Shown piece after piece: positions 27,448-29,164 of a stretch of 29,164 bases of DNA (position 1 is its first letter; every line of letters begins with the position of its first letter). The notes beneath the pieces are model-generated. The model made no database searches, was not told the origin of the DNA, and saw only the letters and a program-made list of their open reading frames with translations. The stretch comes from Thermodesulfobacteriota bacterium (GTDB taxonomy: Bacteria; Desulfobacterota; Desulfobacteria; Desulfobacterales; SURF-7): positions 1 through 29,164 of the forward strand of contig JBMORA010000007.1 in assembly GCA_049320885.1 (NCBI GenBank). The letters run 5' to 3'. Made by a program: the position numbers and the translations under genes.

Positions 27448-28569
27448 CTACAAGGGAAGTTTGAAAAGGATATGGGTGCCCTTTCCGGGCTGCGAGTCCA
27501 CGACCAATTCGCCGTTGAACTGGGCCGCCCGCTCCTCCATGATCAGCAATCCCAGATGGTCTTTCTGGAGTGGATCCGCCGCCGACCGATCCGGTTCGAA
27601 ACCGATGCCGTCGTCCTCGATACTCAGGAAAAGCGCCTTGCGTTTCCGAGTGAGGTTGAGATGAACCTCCTCGGCCCGGGCGTGTTTCATGACATTGGTC
27701 AAGGCTTCCTGGGCGATGCGAAAGCAGGCGATTTTTTTCTCCGTCGCCAGTTCCTCTTGAAAATCGCCGCAGTGGAAATGAACCTTCAGGTTGCGGCAGC
27801 GGTTGCCGACATCGCTGGAAAGCTGATCCAGGGATGGTTTCAACCCGACTGTATCCAGGGTTTTCGGCCGCAACCAATGGGAAAAATTCCGGATGCGGCT
27901 CATCAATTGGACGACCCGTTCCCTGATGCCGGACAACTCCCGGGCGATTTCGTCGCGGACAGCACCGCGATCCAGGAGGTCTTCCGCCACGAACTTGATG
28001 CCGGCCAGGCTTTGACCGATGTCGTCATGAAGATCGCGGGCCAGTTGTTGACGCTCCTGCTCCAGCAGCGAGATCAGTTTTTTGGAAAGCGATCGGCGCC
28101 GGGCTTTTTCCTGGCGGCAGGCATGGACGGCCCGGGCTGTTTTTCTTTCCAGGGCGGCTTGGGATTTGCGGCGGGTCGCCTCGGCCTTTCGGTGACCGGT
28201 AATGTCCTCGACGGCGGCGACGCAAATCCGCTCCCCGGCTTTCCGCGGTTGAAGCGCGATCCCGGTCATCCGCGCCGGAAACACGGCGCCGTCCCGGGGA
28301 TGAAGATCCAGTTCACACCGTTGCCGGGCGTGACTCGAGAAAACGGCTTGCCGGTAGCGGGAAAAATCATCCCGGCTGTCCGGATGGACAAACGGGATCA
28401 AGGGAATCCCCTCGTCATGACCGGCCTTAAGGTGCAAGAGTTCGCCGGCGGCCTGGTTGAAAGCCAGCAATCGTTCCCGCCGGTCGAAAGCAAGAAGGCC
28501 GACGGGCGCAAATCTATACAAAAGACCGGCGTCGTTCACGGACGGACATCCCCTGAACCGATGGTTCAT
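27448..28569 (-). CDS. Cytoplasmic PAS-domain sensor histidine kinase (HisKA_3, NarX/UhpB type)
   Basis: PAS (APVGLLAFD...VHPDSR), H-box ERQQLARDLHDDIGQ, QEALTNVMKHA, DDGIGF, LGL..MEER, GKGT; start uncertain (28647, 28569 or GTG 28539). Confidence 0.9.
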   Translation of the reverse strand: MNHRFRGCPSVNDAGLLYRFAPVGLLAFDRRERLLAFNQAAGELLHLKAGHDEGIPLIPFVHPDSRDDFSRYRQAVFSSHARQRCELDLHPRDGAVFPARMTGIALQPRKAGERICVAAVEDITGHRKAEATRRKSQAALERKTARAVHACRQEKARRRSLSKKLISLLEQERQQLARDLHDDIGQSLAGIKFVAEDLLDRGAVRDEIARELSGIRERVVQLMSRIRNFSHWLRPKTLDTVGLKPSLDQLSSDVGNRCRNLKVHFHCGDFQEELATEKKIACFRIAQEALTNVMKHARAEEVHLNLTRKRKALFLSIEDDGIGFEPDRSAADPLQKDHLGLLIMEERAAQFNGELVVDSQPGKGTHILFKLPL

Positions 28570-28696
28570 CGGAAAGCGGCTGAATTGTTTAGTGTAGTAA
28601 TTATGATTGGTTGCAAACACCATAGCATATCGCGCCGGGAGAGACAAATGCTTTTTTCACCAGCAGCGAGGCCGCGGCTTTTAGGTGTCGCGGGGA

Positions 28697-29164
28697 TCAA
28701 TTCCCGGCGATGGCGGCCGATAGTTCCCGGGCCAGTTCCCGGCTGAAGGCAGCCAGTATCCTGCTGTGGGCCGCCATCAGGTCATCGCAGGATTCCGATA
28801 TCAACGGTTCCTGAAAACGGGATTTGCCCAACCGCATGGTTTTTCCCGTCTTGTTTTCCCTGATGCTCCAGACGGCCTCCAATCGTATTTCTTCCGGCGG
28901 CTTTCCTTCCAGAAGTATGATGTGAATGACCAGCCGGTATTCCGGCTGAAAGAGATTTTCCCGGGTGTAAGGGATGATGCGGTCGCTGCCGCACAACGCG
29001 GCGATATTGTCCGCCAGAATCGCGGCGATTTCGGTTTTCAACGGTTCGGTCCAGCGATTGAATTGGGAAATCTGAAGGCCGGATCGGGGATTGCGGATGA
29101 CGATCTGTGGACGGTTCAGGATTTCCGGAACCGTCACCGGGCCGATGGAAACGCCGATTGTTTC
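28697..29164 (-). CDS. PqiC-like ABC-type transport auxiliary lipoprotein (5' end outside the window)
   Basis: IGPVTVPEILNRPQIV...RWTEPL, LEAVWSI, AHSRILAAFSRELA; the frame stays open to the window edge. Confidence 0.8.
   Translation of the reverse strand, partial: ETIGVSIGPVTVPEILNRPQIVIRNPRSGLQISQFNRWTEPLKTEIAAILADNIAALCGSDRIIPYTRENLFQPEYRLVIHIILLEGKPPEEIRLEAVWSIRENKTGKTMRLGKSRFQEPLISESCDDLMAAHSRILAAFSRELARELSAAIAGN

Noticed and set aside
27422..27877. Alternative-frame ORF overlapping the kinase 3' end, suggesting a frameshift
   Set aside because: The kinase frame already contains a complete HATPase domain ending at 27448.
25236..28746. Long plus-strand ORFs 25236..26582 and 27403..28746
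   Set aside because: Antisense shadows of the FapA-like gene and the histidine kinase.

Overview
A 29 kb GC-rich bacterial window. The gene content and protein styles suggest Desulfobacterota (inference): a CFI-box C-terminus, a FapA/DUF342 protein, an FeS-DUF3786 protein and a PocR-PAS sensor with a Cys-rich tail. It holds about 25 CDS. No rRNA, tRNA, CRISPR array or intact mobile element was seen. In order: a PocR/PAS sensor; a minus-strand lipid operon (WS/DGAT fused to an alpha/beta-hydrolase, fabR, an unknown helical protein) behind a FabR-type operator; an OYE oxidoreductase and EcsC; a lipoprotein hydrolase followed by an unannotated IPTL-CTERM-like peptide in the -1 frame; an AT-rich flavin reductase next to an attC-like hairpin; an outer-membrane barrel; an acyl-CoA dehydrogenase/acetoacetate-decarboxylase-like pair with a divergent TetR and twin operators; a 31-bp tandem duplication; gapN; a truncated TYW3-like gene; a MacAB-type exporter; a 14-blade Asp-box propeller with a CFI-box tail; an Arg-rich ERR-repeat protein; FeS-DUF3786; a Zn-ribbon/MshEN-like/FapA protein; a NarL-type two-component pair; and a partial PqiC-like gene. 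Best candidates for new biology: (1) the FabR-controlled operon with a single-chain wax-ester/TAG synthase-lipase fusion; (2) the hidden IPTL-CTERM tail, reachable by a possible -1 frameshift; (3) a possible c-di-GMP-linked cluster (MshEN-like FapA plus the ERR-repeat protein). All family assignments come from motif recognition; no database searches were run.
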